The notes below the pieces were generated by a model that had not been told where the DNA came from, did not search any database, and saw nothing but the letters and a program-made list of their open reading frames with translations. Below are positions 63,151 through 64,000 of a stretch of 64,000 nt of DNA, one piece after another. The number at the start of each line of letters is the position of its first letter. The stretch's first letter is position 1. Origin of the DNA: Octopus sinensis (taxonomy: Eukaryota); contig NC_043020.1 of the NCBI RefSeq assembly GCF_006345805.1, positions 22,320,001 to 22,384,000 of the forward strand. The letters run 5' to 3'. A program made the translations under genes and the position numbers.

Positions 63151-63585
63151 TATATTCCGCTTAATAATCAGAATAGAGGCACCGACAGACAGGTGTAGGA
63201 ACAACAAGTAGCTGTATTAGTTTGACGCTCGGGAAGAATGGAAAAGTCTTTTACGTTTCGAGCCACAGCTCTTCGGCAGAAAGGAATAAGAATGAAAAAA
63301 CCTAGGGAGAAAAAATGTGTTCAACGGTCACATGCACACACACGCGCGCATGCACGTACACACACACACAGACACATACGCACACACACACACAGACACA
63401 TACGCACACACACAAACGTTTGTATGTGTGAGTGAATGTATGTAGGTATATCTGTACGTCTGTATGGGTGTTTCTAAGTTGTGACCCTTAACGCCTGGCA
63501 ACTTAGCGGTTCGAGAAACGTTCCTCAATAAAACAAATACTCGAGCGAAAACAAATGTCGGAATCGATATATATACCGATCTACC

Positions 63586-63623
<38 letters not shown>

Positions 63624-63624
<1 letters not shown>

Positions 63625-63927
63625 GAGGCGCAATGGCCTAGTGGTTAGGGCAGCGGACTCGCGTTCGTAGGATCGCGGTTTCGATTCCCAGACCGGGCGT
63701 TGTGTGTGTTTATTGAGCGAAAACACCTAATAGCTCCACGAGGCTCCGGCAGGGGCTGGTGACCCCTGCTGTACTCTTTCACCACTCTTTCTCTCACTCT
63801 TTCTTCTGTTGGCCTGCTCGCTTAGCCAGCGGGGTGGCGTCATTCGAAGGCTAAAACAATGCGAACGCATTGTGACTAGCGATGTGTAGCAACATCTGAT
63901 GGTCTGGTCGGTTACGTGATCACGTGA
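63624..63927 (+). mobile_element. Young tRNA-derived SINE
   Basis: TGGCCTAGTGG A-box, GGTTTCGATTCCC B-box, CpG-rich body, ends in GTGATCACGTGAT before (AT)n. Confidence 0.85.
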
Positions 63928-64000
63928 TATATATATATATATGATAGATCGGTAGCCACTACACACATTTTTTCTCTCCTTGTTTTTTCTGTGTCCCTTT

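Noticed and set aside
63624-63700. tRNA-like sequence with A and B boxes
   Set aside because: Head of a SINE that continues into a non-tRNA body; not called a tRNA gene. The same applies to the other SINE heads.

Overview
AT-rich, repeat-dense eukaryotic genomic DNA. The SINE families and microsatellites point to an octopod cephalopod (inference). The only host gene I can support is a complete 12-exon cystathionine gamma-lyase (CTH/CSE) on the + strand: ATG 1269 to TAA 46769, 1194 nt CDS, 397 aa, all introns GT-AG, PLP lysine at 39437-39439, 27-kb intron 1. The rest is mobile DNA and simple repeats: an RTE-clade LINE with an uninterrupted 1091-aa ORF and a PHD finger inside its RT, an ORF-less bipartite derivative of that family, a decayed RTE-1-type LINE, Penelope-like remnants with hammerhead-ribozyme motifs, two irritans-type mariners, Tc1, pogo/Tigger, Dong/R4, CR1 and BovB-type fossils, many tRNA-derived SINEs (two head-to-tail arrays), MITEs and several fold-back inversions next to (TA)n tracts. 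There is a 100-N assembly gap at 51012-51111. Most ORFs in the supplied track are microsatellite or repeat artefacts. Repeat boundaries and identities were estimated by eye; family names rest on recalled motifs, not database searches. I found no clearly new host system. The best leads are the PHD-bearing RTE with its non-autonomous partner, the hammerhead variants, and the inverted repeats around CTH exons.
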